The notes: generated by a model not told the origin, from the sequence alone. A stretch of DNA of 64,000 nucleotides from Candidatus Thalassarchaeaceae archaeon (GCA_963577905.1 CAUYZR010000001.1:66-64065), one strand, 5' to 3'; positions 15,717 through 26,617 are shown, counted from the stretch's first letter. Translations and numbers: made by a program.

Positions 15717-18700
15717 ATTTCCACTTTTTCGTCGGACTTAAGTTCCCATTCAAGATTCATTCTCCATTGCCTGCACCATGCCTCTATGACGTGCCTTTCC
15801 TGGTTCCCACCCTTAAATTCAGTAATCACAACATCTTTTCCTCTCTTTGACATCTTGAAGGCACCAGTCATTCGAGTTGAACTGAAAATCACGTTACAGG
15901 CTCCCAATCCAAATTTTTGTTTTGCCTCCTGACTCAGATAATGCGATAGCCGGTCAGCTTGTGTAAGAACAAAACTGCCTTGGAAAAGGTGCCCTTTGAC
16001 TCTTTCCAGATCCTCACTTATGATCCAGTACAAGGTCTCACTTCCTTCCTTCAAAAATCCTTTCACCAGAATTCCTTCTTCTTCCAGTCCTGAAAGTATT
16101 TTTCTTAGTTCAGCCATTGGAATCTCGCCCTTCAGCAGCATTCCAAGGTCCTCCGCAGAGATAATTCCAAAGGATAATATCAGTCTCTTGACAACCTTGA
16201 GTTTGGCCTCATCAGCCTCGTAAATTCGATTGACTGGTAAAGTGCGATAATTTCCTCTTGTAGTTCGTACCAGATTAAGGGACTGGTACAATCGGCTCAG
16301 AGATCGTTTGAACGAGTCCGGATCCATACCACTTCTTCTATAGAGTTCCTCACGTGGCAAGCCTTTGGAATCTATTGCCAGAGCTAAAAGCCTTCTATCC
16401 TCGGGTTCTGAAACTATGTTTCTGGCATCACGGTAGATTATAGCATCTCTTACGGTACAGTAGGTAGAGTAACCAGGAATCATCACACCTTGTACTATTT
16501 CCATTTCGTTACCGTAATCCCGAGGATGGAAGAAACGTCCTTGAATTCTCAAGGAAAGTTCATATTCTGAACGTATACCCCCCATCTTATTGAATGCTTC
16601 CATTGCATTTCTGAATCTCCTTTCAGGGTGTATCCTCTGTTTCCAAAGCAAGTATCCGTATATCTCTCGTTTCTGGTAGGACTGATTAATAACTGGGCCT
16701 TTGACCAACCATTCCCTTATTCTCTGATATCCCTTGCTTTCAAATTTCTTTATTATGGTCGCGTCGAGTTCTTCTATTCGTGTACCGGCAAAGGCTTTGA
16801 CTCTAATAATATTGCTGTGAAAGTTCTCTTGATATGTTGCAAATTCATCCAAAGCGTCTAGAAACTCCTCAATTTCCAAAACCTCATTCAACACTACCTC
16901 TCTGATATCTAGTAACCCTGACATGGCCCAGGCTTCCATATATCCTGCGACCATTCCCCCAGATACGACCGGATGTGTCCAGGCTTCACCATATTGGGCG
17001 TACATTTCTCTTCGGACATGAGTGAGGAGTGGATCTCTCCAGGAAATAACCCTCGTCACCTTTTTTTCCTCAGTCTTTTTTATATTTTCAACTTCCTCAG
17101 TTAGGCAATAGGTGAATAAACGCGTAGCTCCTACGACAACTAGTCTAGAAACTATATTCTCTTCTTGTAGCTGATTCAAAATACTCCTTGTGACATTGAG
17201 TGGCATTCCGCATTCCCTTCTTAACTCGGCAAAAGTAAGAGGGCCAATTCCCCGTAATTGGTCGATGACCAGTTTCTTTTCAGGTTCTTCAGGAGATTCG
17301 TATTCTGTTAGTAATCGGTATCGATTGTGTGTTGTCCAGGGATTACGATTTCGGTTGTAACGGTGAATCATCAGTTTTTCTTCTAAGATCCTTAATGCCC
17401 CATGTACCATTTCGGGTTTCAGTTCCAGTTCCTTAGTTATTTCGCTTTTGGTAACTGGTGGGCTTCTTTTGAGCATATCCACAATCAGGCTTTGTATTTT
17501 TCCCTCAGGTTCCTTTCTGAACAAGGCCTGGTACATCCCAACTTTATTGGCAGGCACGTACCTTAATTTTCCTCCTGAAAACCTCCCCTGTAATATCGCA
17601 TCTGAATCTCTCCACTCCCACCACTCCTCAAGATCAGGATTGTCTAATCTATGAAATGCGGTTCTTGGAGAGGCGACGTCACTATGCTGATCAAAAAGCG
17701 TTTGTAAGCTTGAAAACTTCTTGAATAGTTTATAGTCAATAAACTCTCTTAGAATCCTGTCAGGAACGACATCTATGTCTCCATGCGATTGTGCTTCTAG
17801 ATAGATTACATCTTCAGCCATCAAATATTGGGGTGTACTTTGGCCCAGGACAAAATTCCCACCTTGAATAGTACCCTGTTCTTCTAAATCATAAAGCGAT
17901 TGGCTGATGACTTCCTCTGGTAATCTGAGTTCAAGAGCGATCTCTTCTACAGCTCTCGGTCCAACAAAACCGATATGTTTTGTAATAAGGTAATCCAGTG
18001 CTTTTTCATATGATGCATTCTTCTCAATTTTCCGTTTGATGAATCCATCTACCATTCTGCAAACAAGATAATTTCTTTCTAATTCATCACTAATTTTTTT
18101 TGATTTGATAGCTTTCAGCCCCTTCAATTTATTGTAGACCTTTTCCGCTTCTTTCGATAATTTTTCGTCAGAACCATAGGCGGTCCTGTAGTAGGGAATC
18201 AATTCGGGAGTTACATAGAGAGGTTCTTTTTCTCCAGTCCAGACAGATTCAACAATTTTTTCATCAATCATCTCGTGGCATAATTCTTGCATTTCGGTCG
18301 CGATTATGTCAGACATTCGGTAGATTGATTTCCCTTTGTCATTCAATAGATAGATTCCACCGATCTGGCGAATAGCCTGAATCGCACCTTCTTTCGTACC
18401 GACAATCGGTTTCTTTTCATTGAAGTGACTGTCTATCAATTCTTTTTCAAATCTTGGTTTGTCTCCGTCTCCCTGTTCTAACACCCTCCCTAGGACCTGG
18501 GCATGCAACTCTCTCAGGAGTGCAGAACGGTCTTCCATCAGGACTATGTCGCTAAGACCAGAAAGTATCAAGGAATGGGAAAAGGGAGAAGGCACGGGTG
18601 CATAATTCCGATATTCAATACTTCTTTTTCCACTTTCAATCTCATCCAGTATGAGCTGAGCATTGCTAATGTCAAAAGCATCATATAGAATCTCACGATA

Positions 18701-21049
18701 AGCTTCCTCGAGCATTGGGAATGAATCAACTTGATTGATTGCTTCTAGTACCTGAGAGGTCCTTAGTTGCTGTCTGGGCATCGATATTTCACGCCCTTTG
18801 TAGTTGCGTAGCACCATGAATGAGCGGTTGGCACAGTGGCGAAAGCGCTGAGCAAATACTTCGGTGTTTTTGATTGCCTTTCTGAGCAGAGGTTCAAGGT
18901 CCTTGGGCATCAGCCTGTCCGCCAAACCTTCGATTGCTAATCTGCTAGGAAAGGTCAGCAGGAATGCATCATCGCTCAACGAGATTCTTATGCTACTTCC
19001 TATTTCTTTTCCAAGTTGATAGGCAAAGGCTCTGGAAAGGGCATCATTGACCCTCCTTCCGAACGGGAAATGAAAAATCGCTCCGTTGCGTCCCCTATTG
19101 TCAATATATCCCTCGACCATCAATCTCTTATCAGAGGGTACAAATCCACAAATCTTCTTTTGTTCATCAAGGTGGGAGATTATTGTTTTAGCAGCTCCCT
19201 GATCCAGTCTAAAATCCTCTTCCAACCACTTGATTATTTCTTGTTCAGGCTTCTCAAGCTTCTCCTCCATTTCTGCCCTGAATCTTCCTACAGCCTCAGA
19301 CAGGTCAAAAGAGCGAGGTAACATTTCTCCAGACCATGATGGAACAGTAGGTTTCCTACCTAGACCATCCTTTACTATAACGGTAGATCTCTTTGTCTCT
19401 ATGAATTGATATGTTCTTCCACCTAATACAAATATGTCATTCCTCGAAAGATTCTCAACGAACTTTTCCGATAAATTACCTAATTGTATGCCTCTCCCCT
19501 CAAGTACGACAGCATAATTGATTTCTTGGGGGATTGTACCAATATTCATGTTGTAGATTTGTCGCACCCCTCTTTTGATACCAATCTCTTTTGATTTCTT
19601 ATCATACCATATTTTAGGATAGACTCCGTGATTCTCTAGTGCATCCCCTCCCAGAAAATCAAGAACCTCAAGGAACTCATGCTTGGATAGGTTGCGGTAT
19701 GGATATGCCGATCTCACAAGCTCATACATTTCGTCACTATCCCATTTGCGGTCTAGGGACATTCCAATGATAGATTGGGCCAGCACGTCGGTGGCATTTT
19801 CAGGAATAGAAACTCGATCTATTTGCCCTTCGTATGCAGATCTGACTAGGACTGCACATTCGATTAGGTCATCAGAATCAAATACAACCAATCTTCCTTT
19901 GGAAATTTCACTTAGGGCATGTCCGGCCCTCCCAATTCGTTGGAGTCCTTTAGCGATTGATTTAGGTGATCCTATTTGGACAACAAGATCAACGTACCCG
20001 ATGTCAATTCCTAACTCCAGGCTTGTCGATGAAATCACGACATCCATTTCACCGGCTTTGAGTTTCTCTTCCACATCCAGTCTCATTTCTTTGGACAAAG
20101 AACCATGGTGTGCTGCCAATTTCTCTATACCTCTCTCTTTCAATTGCATGGAAATTGATTCAGTTCCAGCTCTGGTGTTGGTGAAGATCAGGGTAGTCCT
20201 ATGGTCATTGACCAGATCAACCAGCAGGTCGTACATTTTTGAATTAATCACTTCTGTAGAGTGAAGGGTTAGATTGTCGACAGGACAGATAACCCTTAGA
20301 TCCAGATGTTTTCTTTCTTTAACATCCACGATGTTCACAAGCCTAGGTTTTCCGTTTTTGTACCCGCCCAGAAAACCAGCTATATCCTCGATTGGGGCCT
20401 GTGTCGCAGATAAGCCGATTCTTACAGGATCTCCATCAATAATCTGTGCCAGCCTCTCTACCGAAAGGGAAAGGTGAGTTCCTCTCTTGTTATTGGCTAG
20501 ATCATGTATCTCATCCAGTATGATGTATCTTGTTTTTCTGAAGTGGGCCCTGAATTTTTTTGATGATAAAAGGAGGCCTAGGCTTTCAGGGGTGGTGATG
20601 AGGATGTGAGGTGGTTTTCTTACCATTCTTGCCCTCTCCTTGAGCGAGGTATCACCAGATCTAACAGCTACCTTAATTTCGGGAATATCCACTTTTCCCT
20701 TAGCTGCCAGTTCAATCATCTCATCCAAAGGTTGTTTGAGATTTCTATCAATATCATTCGCCAATGCTTTCAGAGGAGAGATGTAGATGGCGTGCACTCC
20801 TGTTTCTAGGTCACCATCCTTGTGTATTCTAAAAAAGTCATTTAATATGCTGAGAAAAGCGGTAAGGGTCTTTCCTGAGCCGGTGGGACTTGAGACCAGC
20901 ACGTTTTCTTTTTTAGAGATTAATGGGACAGCCATTGCCTGCGGTGGTGTCAGGTCTTCAAATTTATCATTGAACCATTTCCGAACAAGTGGTTCGAATC
21001 CACCCAGTACTTCTTCTTTACTACTTTTATCAGTAATGTAATTTACCAT
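15713..21049 (-). CDS. lhr: Lhr-family SF2 helicase with very long C-terminal extension
   Basis: SPTGSGKT, YISPLKAL, DEIH, GLSAT, HHGSL, TSLELGIDIG, LQRIGRAGH, HFPFGRRVN. Start at ATG 21049 preferred. Confidence 0.92.
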   Translation of the reverse strand: MVNYITDKSSKEEVLGGFEPLVRKWFNDKFEDLTPPQAMAVPLISKKENVLVSSPTGSGKTLTAFLSILNDFFRIHKDGDLETGVHAIYISPLKALANDIDRNLKQPLDEMIELAAKGKVDIPEIKVAVRSGDTSLKERARMVRKPPHILITTPESLGLLLSSKKFRAHFRKTRYIILDEIHDLANNKRGTHLSLSVERLAQIIDGDPVRIGLSATQAPIEDIAGFLGGYKNGKPRLVNIVDVKERKHLDLRVICPVDNLTLHSTEVINSKMYDLLVDLVNDHRTTLIFTNTRAGTESISMQLKERGIEKLAAHHGSLSKEMRLDVEEKLKAGEMDVVISSTSLELGIDIGYVDLVVQIGSPKSIAKGLQRIGRAGHALSEISKGRLVVFDSDDLIECAVLVRSAYEGQIDRVSIPENATDVLAQSIIGMSLDRKWDSDEMYELVRSAYPYRNLSKHEFLEVLDFLGGDALENHGVYPKIWYDKKSKEIGIKRGVRQIYNMNIGTIPQEINYAVVLEGRGIQLGNLSEKFVENLSRNDIFVLGGRTYQFIETKRSTVIVKDGLGRKPTVPSWSGEMLPRSFDLSEAVGRFRAEMEEKLEKPEQEIIKWLEEDFRLDQGAAKTIISHLDEQKKICGFVPSDKRLMVEGYIDNRGRNGAIFHFPFGRRVNDALSRAFAYQLGKEIGSSIRISLSDDAFLLTFPSRLAIEGLADRLMPKDLEPLLRKAIKNTEVFAQRFRHCANRSFMVLRNYKGREISMPRQQLRTSQVLEAINQVDSFPMLEEAYREILYDAFDISNAQLILDEIESGKRSIEYRNYAPVPSPFSHSLILSGLSDIVLMEDRSALLRELHAQVLGRVLEQGDGDKPRFEKELIDSHFNEKKPIVGTKEGAIQAIRQIGGIYLLNDKGKSIYRMSDIIATEMQELCHEMIDEKIVESVWTGEKEPLYVTPELIPYYRTAYGSDEKLSKEAEKVYNKLKGLKAIKSKKISDELERNYLVCRMVDGFIKRKIEKNASYEKALDYLITKHIGFVGPRAVEEIALELRLPEEVISQSLYDLEEQGTIQGGNFVLGQSTPQYLMAEDVIYLEAQSHGDIDVVPDRILREFIDYKLFKKFSSLQTLFDQHSDVASPRTAFHRLDNPDLEEWWEWRDSDAILQGRFSGGKLRYVPANKVGMYQALFRKEPEGKIQSLIVDMLKRSPPVTKSEITKELELKPEMVHGALRILEEKLMIHRYNRNRNPWTTHNRYRLLTEYESPEEPEKKLVIDQLRGIGPLTFAELRRECGMPLNVTRSILNQLQEENIVSRLVVVGATRLFTYCLTEEVENIKKTEEKKVTRVISWRDPLLTHVRREMYAQYGEAWTHPVVSGGMVAGYMEAWAMSGLLDIREVVLNEVLEIEEFLDALDEFATYQENFHSNIIRVKAFAGTRIEELDATIIKKFESKGYQRIREWLVKGPVINQSYQKREIYGYLLWKQRIHPERRFRNAMEAFNKMGGIRSEYELSLRIQGRFFHPRDYGNEMEIVQGVMIPGYSTYCTVRDAIIYRDARNIVSEPEDRRLLALAIDSKGLPREELYRRSGMDPDSFKRSLSRLYQSLNLVRTTRGNYRTLPVNRIYEADEAKLKVVKRLILSFGIISAEDLGMLLKGEIPMAELRKILSGLEEEGILVKGFLKEGSETLYWIISEDLERVKGHLFQGSFVLTQADRLSHYLSQEAKQKFGLGACNVIFSSTRMTGAFKMSKRGKDVVITEFKGGNQERHVIEAWCRQWRMNLEWELKSDEKVEI

Positions 21050-21166
21050 GTTTTTCGAAACGTTATCTGCCGCAGAATAGCGAAGGGTGTAATAGATTAT
21101 GGGTCTCACCTCAAACCCAATAAAATGTGATAAACTCTTTTTAGGCCCCTTCGGTCGCAAAAAAGA

Positions 21167-21241
21167 GCCACCGTGGCTAAGGGGTATAGCGGTGCCTTGG
21201 TAAGGCGCAGGTCGTGGGTTCGATTCCCACCGGTGGCTCCA
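21167..21241 (+). tRNA. tRNA-Thr (GGT)
   Basis: GCCACCG/CGGTGGC acceptor stem, GTGCC-TTGGTAA-GGCGC, GGTTCGATTCC, encoded CCA. Confidence 0.97.
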
Positions 21242-21826
21242 TTATTCTACATAGTAGGCCATATGCCCTTTAGCCCATTTTGTAATATCCACAGCATCCA
21301 CTTTTTTGAATCTGGATTCCATTTTTCTTTCAGAGTCCCGGAAGACTTCATTATCTTTTCCTGGTGAAGACCTAGATTTTAGCATAAGAAATCCACATTT
21401 CGGCCCAAAAAAATCATAGTTCCGGATGAATATTTCGACTTGGTCTCTTTGAGCAACGTCCTGATACAAGATATCCGGAATGCCGGTATGAGGGCTATAT
21501 TTTTTTGGAAGCTGGGCATCACCTAGGAATGGAATTATGTTCCTTCTTTTCTCAACAAGGACAAGTAGCTCAGCCATTGCTACTGATGAGATATCAACTC
21601 CGATTATTCGGCCCCCATGACATATATGGCTCAAGAAACTAACAGTATTACCCTCTGCAGCCCCCAGATAGAGAATATTGCTCTTTTCTTCAAAAGGCCA
21701 TTCTGGTCCACCAGCTAGAACATATGCCGAAAGTTTGGAGTGATAAGGATTCCAGCTAATCCATTTCTTATTCTTCTTGAGTTCTAAAAAGCCTTTTTTT
21801 TTTCTTAAGTAATCAGGTAATACCAT
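21242..21826 (-). CDS. flpA: Fibrillarin-like rRNA/tRNA 2'-O-methyltransferase
   Basis: WNPYHSKL, ILYLGAAEGNTVSFLS, RNIIPFLGDA, YQDVAQRDQ. Confidence 0.9.
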   Translation of the reverse strand: MVLPDYLRKKKGFLELKKNKKWISWNPYHSKLSAYVLAGGPEWPFEEKSNILYLGAAEGNTVSFLSHICHGGRIIGVDISSVAMAELLVLVEKRRNIIPFLGDAQLPKKYSPHTGIPDILYQDVAQRDQVEIFIRNYDFFGPKCGFLMLKSRSSPGKDNEVFRDSERKMESRFKKVDAVDITKWAKGHMAYYVE

Positions 21827-21829
21827 GAA

Positions 21830-23896
21830 TTAGGCAAGTCCCTGTTTTTCAGCTTCGATTGCATCTTTTATTCCAGGATCGACAATTCCAGTCCATGGTT
21901 CAGCACCTATTATATTTGAGGAATCTATTCCTTCTACCCAGAGTTCAATACCCTCAAAGCTGCTTCGTGTACCTTCAGGAACTGTGAATTTGTATTTGGT
22001 CGATTCGGTGGTTGGCAGTCCGATGGACCAGACAACCTGATTTCCTTCTCTCTTACCAGGTCTGGGTTCAGCATCCTTGATCTCATGTCCTAGAACTTCA
22101 GCCCTGAGCTTGAAATTAGCTGATCTCAAGCGATAATTTATTATCTTTATTTCAACCTCGATTTGGCCATTGTTGAATTCAATTTCTTCCTCGATCCAGA
22201 CCACGTCCATGATAGCTGCAACAACCTTGTCCAGATTTGGAACAGGCTGCCCAACGATACTTGATGCCTTTTCCGCGATTGCCGGCAATATTTTTTGTAC
22301 CAAGTCAAATTTTTCAGTTACTTTTTCCCTCTTTTTCTGTTTTTTCAGGTGTCTTGACAGTGTCTTTGCATTGTTACGTAGAGCTAATTTAATTTCTTTT
22401 TTGATTTCACTTATATCTGCAACTGCCTCTTTGGCCTCGGAAGTGAATGGGATGTTCGTTGATGCTACGTGTACCAGGATTATGGCAGGTCCATTCGGAG
22501 TGCCTTTGCCAGCTCTTTGTTCCAAACCATACTGTCTCCAATTTATGCCCTGTATAGCCTTGGTGATGGCACAACCACCGGCCTGATAAAGCAATGGAAC
22601 TCGGTTGGCAAATCGGAGGATCTGAACTGGCTGATCCTTAGGAAGATTACCTCCGTAAACCATTCCGACCTCCACTAGGAAGGGAGTTCCCGAAAATACG
22701 GATGGAGTACGGCTAATCGGTAGCGTGTAAAAATCAGGTCGATATTCATCCAGTACCTGCTTCAGTCCTAGTTTGATCAGTTTCGGTCCAATTGGGACTA
22801 GAACTCCACTCGTCGGAGTCCGGATCGAGGTTGTTTTGAAAGCATCTATCATTCCCTTCGCCTCAATTCTAGTGATATCCTGTGGCCTAACAATAGAGGA
22901 TAGTCTTGCTTTTTCCAGTACGCCACTAATGCTCTTTGAACCCATGGATGACAAATCATTGCGCAGAAATCGAGCCATCTGGTGTTCTGAACTGTGATGA
23001 GCCATACGTATCAGCTGGCCCAACTCTACACCATGTGGATGCGGCTTTACACCTTCACTGGGTAGTTTTGGATTTTCCTGACTAACCCTCTCAAAAATGG
23101 TTGTATTTTTTTCTGGATTGGTAAAAATTATCTTGGCATGGGGATTGACAATAGCAGTTGATTTCAGGTATTCCAAGACAGAAGGCCTTGCTTCCCGATA
23201 TCTTCCCTTGATTGCAAATTCAACCCTTGTACCATGATGCTTCTCAGGATAAATTCCATCCTCATCCGGTTCAGCAACCTCATCTTTCCATACAAAGTCC
23301 TCAGTCCTCTCAACATTGCCTCGGTTATTCCGAGTGTCCAGTTTCATAGTTATACGTATAGCTAAATGCTCCTCTGATATTCGGGTGCTGATAGTAGCAG
23401 ATCTCCCAGTCGTCAGTTGACCGTACATTATTGCAGCCGAGATTCCAATGCCTTGCTGTCCCCTAGATTGCTTACCACTTCCAAAGCGTGAACCATACAA
23501 CAATCTTCCAAAAACATTCGGGACATTCTGCTCTATAATTCCAGGGCCATTATCCTCTATTGCAATGCTTAATTCATCCCTTGCCAGGCTTTCAAGTTCA
23601 ATTTTCAGTTCGGGAAGAATGCCAGCCTGTTCACAAGCATCTAGGCTATTGTCGACCCCTTCCTTGACTGCAGTTATCAGGGAATGGGTAGGATTATCAA
23701 AACCCAATATGTGGCGGTTCTGTTCAAAGAACTCAGAGACTGGAATATCACGCTGTTCCTTAGCCAACTGGTGAGCTTTCGTTTTTTTGGCAGTTACCTT
23801 CTTTTTGGCTTCTTTCTTTTCCGATTTAGGGTGCTCTACCTGAGGCTCTTCAGGTTCAATTGTTTCAGTTCCAAATTCAAAGGTCGTTTGACCCAT
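21830..23896 (-). CDS. top6B: DNA topoisomerase VI subunit B
   Basis: SEFFEQN, KEGVDNSLDA, EDNGPGI, QSRGQQGIGIS, KPHPHG, RFANRVPL. Confidence 0.96.
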   Translation of the reverse strand: MGQTTFEFGTETIEPEEPQVEHPKSEKKEAKKKVTAKKTKAHQLAKEQRDIPVSEFFEQNRHILGFDNPTHSLITAVKEGVDNSLDACEQAGILPELKIELESLARDELSIAIEDNGPGIIEQNVPNVFGRLLYGSRFGSGKQSRGQQGIGISAAIMYGQLTTGRSATISTRISEEHLAIRITMKLDTRNNRGNVERTEDFVWKDEVAEPDEDGIYPEKHHGTRVEFAIKGRYREARPSVLEYLKSTAIVNPHAKIIFTNPEKNTTIFERVSQENPKLPSEGVKPHPHGVELGQLIRMAHHSSEHQMARFLRNDLSSMGSKSISGVLEKARLSSIVRPQDITRIEAKGMIDAFKTTSIRTPTSGVLVPIGPKLIKLGLKQVLDEYRPDFYTLPISRTPSVFSGTPFLVEVGMVYGGNLPKDQPVQILRFANRVPLLYQAGGCAITKAIQGINWRQYGLEQRAGKGTPNGPAIILVHVASTNIPFTSEAKEAVADISEIKKEIKLALRNNAKTLSRHLKKQKKREKVTEKFDLVQKILPAIAEKASSIVGQPVPNLDKVVAAIMDVVWIEEEIEFNNGQIEVEIKIINYRLRSANFKLRAEVLGHEIKDAEPRPGKREGNQVVWSIGLPTTESTKYKFTVPEGTRSSFEGIELWVEGIDSSNIIGAEPWTGIVDPGIKDAIEAEKQGLA

Positions 23897-23937
23897 TCAA
23901 TGGTTATAAGTGCCAATAATTAAGCAGACTCCCCAAG

Positions 23938-24387
23938 TTAGAGGAAGTTAATCTTACAGAATCTCGATTTTGGAATCTGGTTCTTGATCAGACTTCCATT
24001 CCAGTGCCCACATCCTAGAACTCGGTCTTTGTGCCTCACCATTACGAAACCCGGGACCACGTCTAATCCGCGTTCAGGGGCCAGGTCTTTCCCGCTGCAA
24101 TAGCTGATGGTCTCATTACCATCAAGTTCAATAATATTTTTTGTAACGTACTTTCCAAATAGTTGTAGAAAGTTGGTTGTCGGTTTGGGCGTTTTGTCCA
24201 GACGAAAAACGCATAGTCCAATACTTTCGGGTTTAATTCTTTTTAATTCTTCAGGACCGATGTAGATTCTATTCTTTGAGCCTACGTACCATCGGTAGTT
24301 TTCTAATTTCTCTTGATTGATTCCAAAACGCTCCAGACAATATTCTTGAATTAAACTGATTCGTTCAGAATCAAGTATTCTCAACAT
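23938..24387 (-). CDS. RsmF C-terminal/NIP7-like PUA-domain partner of the m5C methyltransferase
   Basis: ERFGI, KPTTNFLQLFG, LGCG, IKNQIPKSR; coupled to the NOL1/NOP2 gene. Confidence 0.7.
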   Translation of the reverse strand: MLRILDSERISLIQEYCLERFGINQEKLENYRWYVGSKNRIYIGPEELKRIKPESIGLCVFRLDKTPKPTTNFLQLFGKYVTKNIIELDGNETISYCSGKDLAPERGLDVVPGFVMVRHKDRVLGCGHWNGSLIKNQIPKSRFCKINFL

Positions 24388-25301
24388 TTTTCCAACCTCG
24401 TAACAAAGAAGGCATCGGTGTCATTATGGTGAGGCCAGATTCTCATACACTTTTCTACTTCTTTGTTATATCGTTTCCCATTCCACTCAGTTATGCCGGG
24501 ACTAGTTTTTAGACCGTTTATCCCAATATTTTCTACTTTGACTGGCTGATTATCAATAATCTCACTGATTACCCTCTCGTTTTCTTCAGGAGAAAAGGTG
24601 CAGGTTGAATACACAATCGTACTTCCGGAAGGTGCCATTTCGCAGGCCTTGTTCAATAGGCCTTTCTGAAGTTTGGTAAAACGCTTATAATCTTTTTCTG
24701 TCCACATTCTGGCAACAGCATTCTTCTTGCGTATCGTGCCTTCTGAGCTACATGACGCATCGACTAGGTACAGGTCGGCTTCCGTATTTGGAAAGGATTT
24801 GAAATCTCTAAGTGTAACGGTAGCATTTGTTACACCTAGTCTATCCAGATTTCCTCTCAATGATTTCAATCGAGTATGTCTTGAATCATTTGCTATTATG
24901 TGGCCCTGATTCTGCATCATATCAGCTATCTGGGTTGTTTTTGAGCCAGGGGCAGCACAACAGTCCAGAATAGTGTTGTTGTCAATCACATCTTTTACAA
25001 TCAAGGGAGGAATCATAGAGGTCAATTCCTGAATATAGATCTGGCCGACAAAGTGTTCTAGACTGCTACCCAGATTATTCAGTTGGGATACATATGCGTT
25101 ATCATTCCATGGAACTTCTGTTATTTCAGAATCATAATTCTTGAGTTGTTCCAGTATATTCTCTTTATCTCCCTTGAGAGTGTTAATTCGGAATGATTGT
25201 TTGAGTGGTTTGTGGATAGCTTCTGCGAATTCCAATGGATTATCTACTAAAACACTGTAGCGTTCAATGATTCCTTGACGTATCGTCTGAAACGGTTCCA
25301 T
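24381..25301 (-). CDS. RsmB/NOP2 family RNA m5C methyltransferase
   Basis: FRINTLK, YIQE, LDCCAAPGSKT, DASCSSEG, VYSTCTFSPEENE. Confidence 0.93.
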   Translation of the reverse strand: MEPFQTIRQGIIERYSVLVDNPLEFAEAIHKPLKQSFRINTLKGDKENILEQLKNYDSEITEVPWNDNAYVSQLNNLGSSLEHFVGQIYIQELTSMIPPLIVKDVIDNNTILDCCAAPGSKTTQIADMMQNQGHIIANDSRHTRLKSLRGNLDRLGVTNATVTLRDFKSFPNTEADLYLVDASCSSEGTIRKKNAVARMWTEKDYKRFTKLQKGLLNKACEMAPSGSTIVYSTCTFSPEENERVISEIIDNQPVKVENIGINGLKTSPGITEWNGKRYNKEVEKCMRIWPHHNDTDAFFVTRLEKC

Positions 25302-25303
25302 AC

Positions 25304-26617
25304 CTAAGCCCTTATCACGCGGGCTTTTGGATTTTTCACGGTTGCCATTATGTTTCTGGTATCTACTATCAATTTGGCATATTTTCCCAGTGCAGGGTAG
25401 TCAATACTGGTGTGATCGGTGGTTATTACAATTGCATCTTGTTCTTCTATGGTATTCTTCGTTAAATCTAGATTCTTTAGCGAACTCACATTTTCCACAT
25501 AAGGATCATGGTAGTTGATTTTGCCTCCTTTATGTTTAAGCAGATCCATTATTCTTAAAGCAGGTGATTCTCTAACATCGTCGATGTCTTTTTTGTAGGC
25601 CACCCCTACGATTAGAATTTTACTACCCCTAATGCTCTTCTTATCATCGTTTAATGCCCTTCCAATACGGTGAGCTATATGTTCAGTCATTTTCCGATTA
25701 ATCTCACCAGCTAATTCGATAAACTTTGTCTCAATATTGTATTCCTTTGCCTTCCATGAAAGATAGAAAGGGTCAATAGGGATGCAATGCCCTCCCATTC
25801 CAGGTCCCGGATAAAATGGCATAAAGCCAAACGGTTTGGTCTTGGCAGCATCAATTACTTCCCAAATATTAACTCCCATTCGACTAAAGACCAGTTTCAA
25901 CTCATTTACCATTGCTATGTTTACAGCTCTGAAAATATTCTCCATCAATTTTGTTGCCTCAGCAGTTTCTAGTGAGCTAACTTCAACGGTTTCTGAGACG
26001 ATGTTCTTGTACAAGTCGCTGGTTAACTGGAGACAGTCATCAGTCAAACCTCCCATTACTTTTGGTATCGCCGAAACGGAAAATTCCTTGTTTCCAGGAT
26101 CTTCCCTCTCTGGTGAATAAGCTAGAAAGAAATCTTTTCCAGCCTTCAGTTTGGATTTTTCTAGGATGGGTTTGACAATCTCCCTAGTTGTGCCAGGATA
26201 TGTGGTTGATTCAAGTACAATCAATTGTCCTTTTTTCAAGTTTTTACCGATTTCTTTAGATGCGCTTTCGATATAACTCATGTCAGGCTGTTCATGCACA
26301 TCAAGAGGAGTAGGTACGCAAATTATCAGGCAATCCATATTCCCGGTTTCTGAAAATTTATTTGTAGAAGATCCATTATTTTTCTTCACAAATTCTTTCA
26401 TCGATTTGGCAGGAATATGTTTAATCACCTGTTTTCCAGAATTGATATCTTTTACTCGTGCTGAATCGTTATCAAAACCAGTTACAGAGAATCCAGTTCC
26501 AGCAAATTCTAATCCTAGAGGGATTCCAACATAGCCCATTCCAATAATCCCAATCTTGGCTTTTTTGTCCTTGATTTTCTTCTCAAGTTCATCAATCAGG
26601 CCACTCATTATAGTCAA
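25304..26617 (-). CDS. UDP-N-acetylhexosamine 6-dehydrogenase (WbpA/WecC family)
   Basis: GMGYVG, CVPTPL, ESTTYPGTT, SPEREDPGN, GGHCIPIDP, AYKKDIDD. Confidence 0.92.
   Translation of the reverse strand: MTIMSGLIDELEKKIKDKKAKIGIIGMGYVGIPLGLEFAGTGFSVTGFDNDSARVKDINSGKQVIKHIPAKSMKEFVKKNNGSSTNKFSETGNMDCLIICVPTPLDVHEQPDMSYIESASKEIGKNLKKGQLIVLESTTYPGTTREIVKPILEKSKLKAGKDFFLAYSPEREDPGNKEFSVSAIPKVMGGLTDDCLQLTSDLYKNIVSETVEVSSLETAEATKLMENIFRAVNIAMVNELKLVFSRMGVNIWEVIDAAKTKPFGFMPFYPGPGMGGHCIPIDPFYLSWKAKEYNIETKFIELAGEINRKMTEHIAHRIGRALNDDKKSIRGSKILIVGVAYKKDIDDVRESPALRIMDLLKHKGGKINYHDPYVENVSSLKNLDLTKNTIEEQDAIVITTDHTSIDYPALGKYAKLIVDTRNIMATVKNPKARVIRA

Noticed and set aside
21135..21167. CTCTTTTT/AAAAAGAG hairpin upstream of tRNA-Thr
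   Set aside because: The left arm overlaps the probable TATA region so is unlikely to be transcribed, and the pairing is low complexity.
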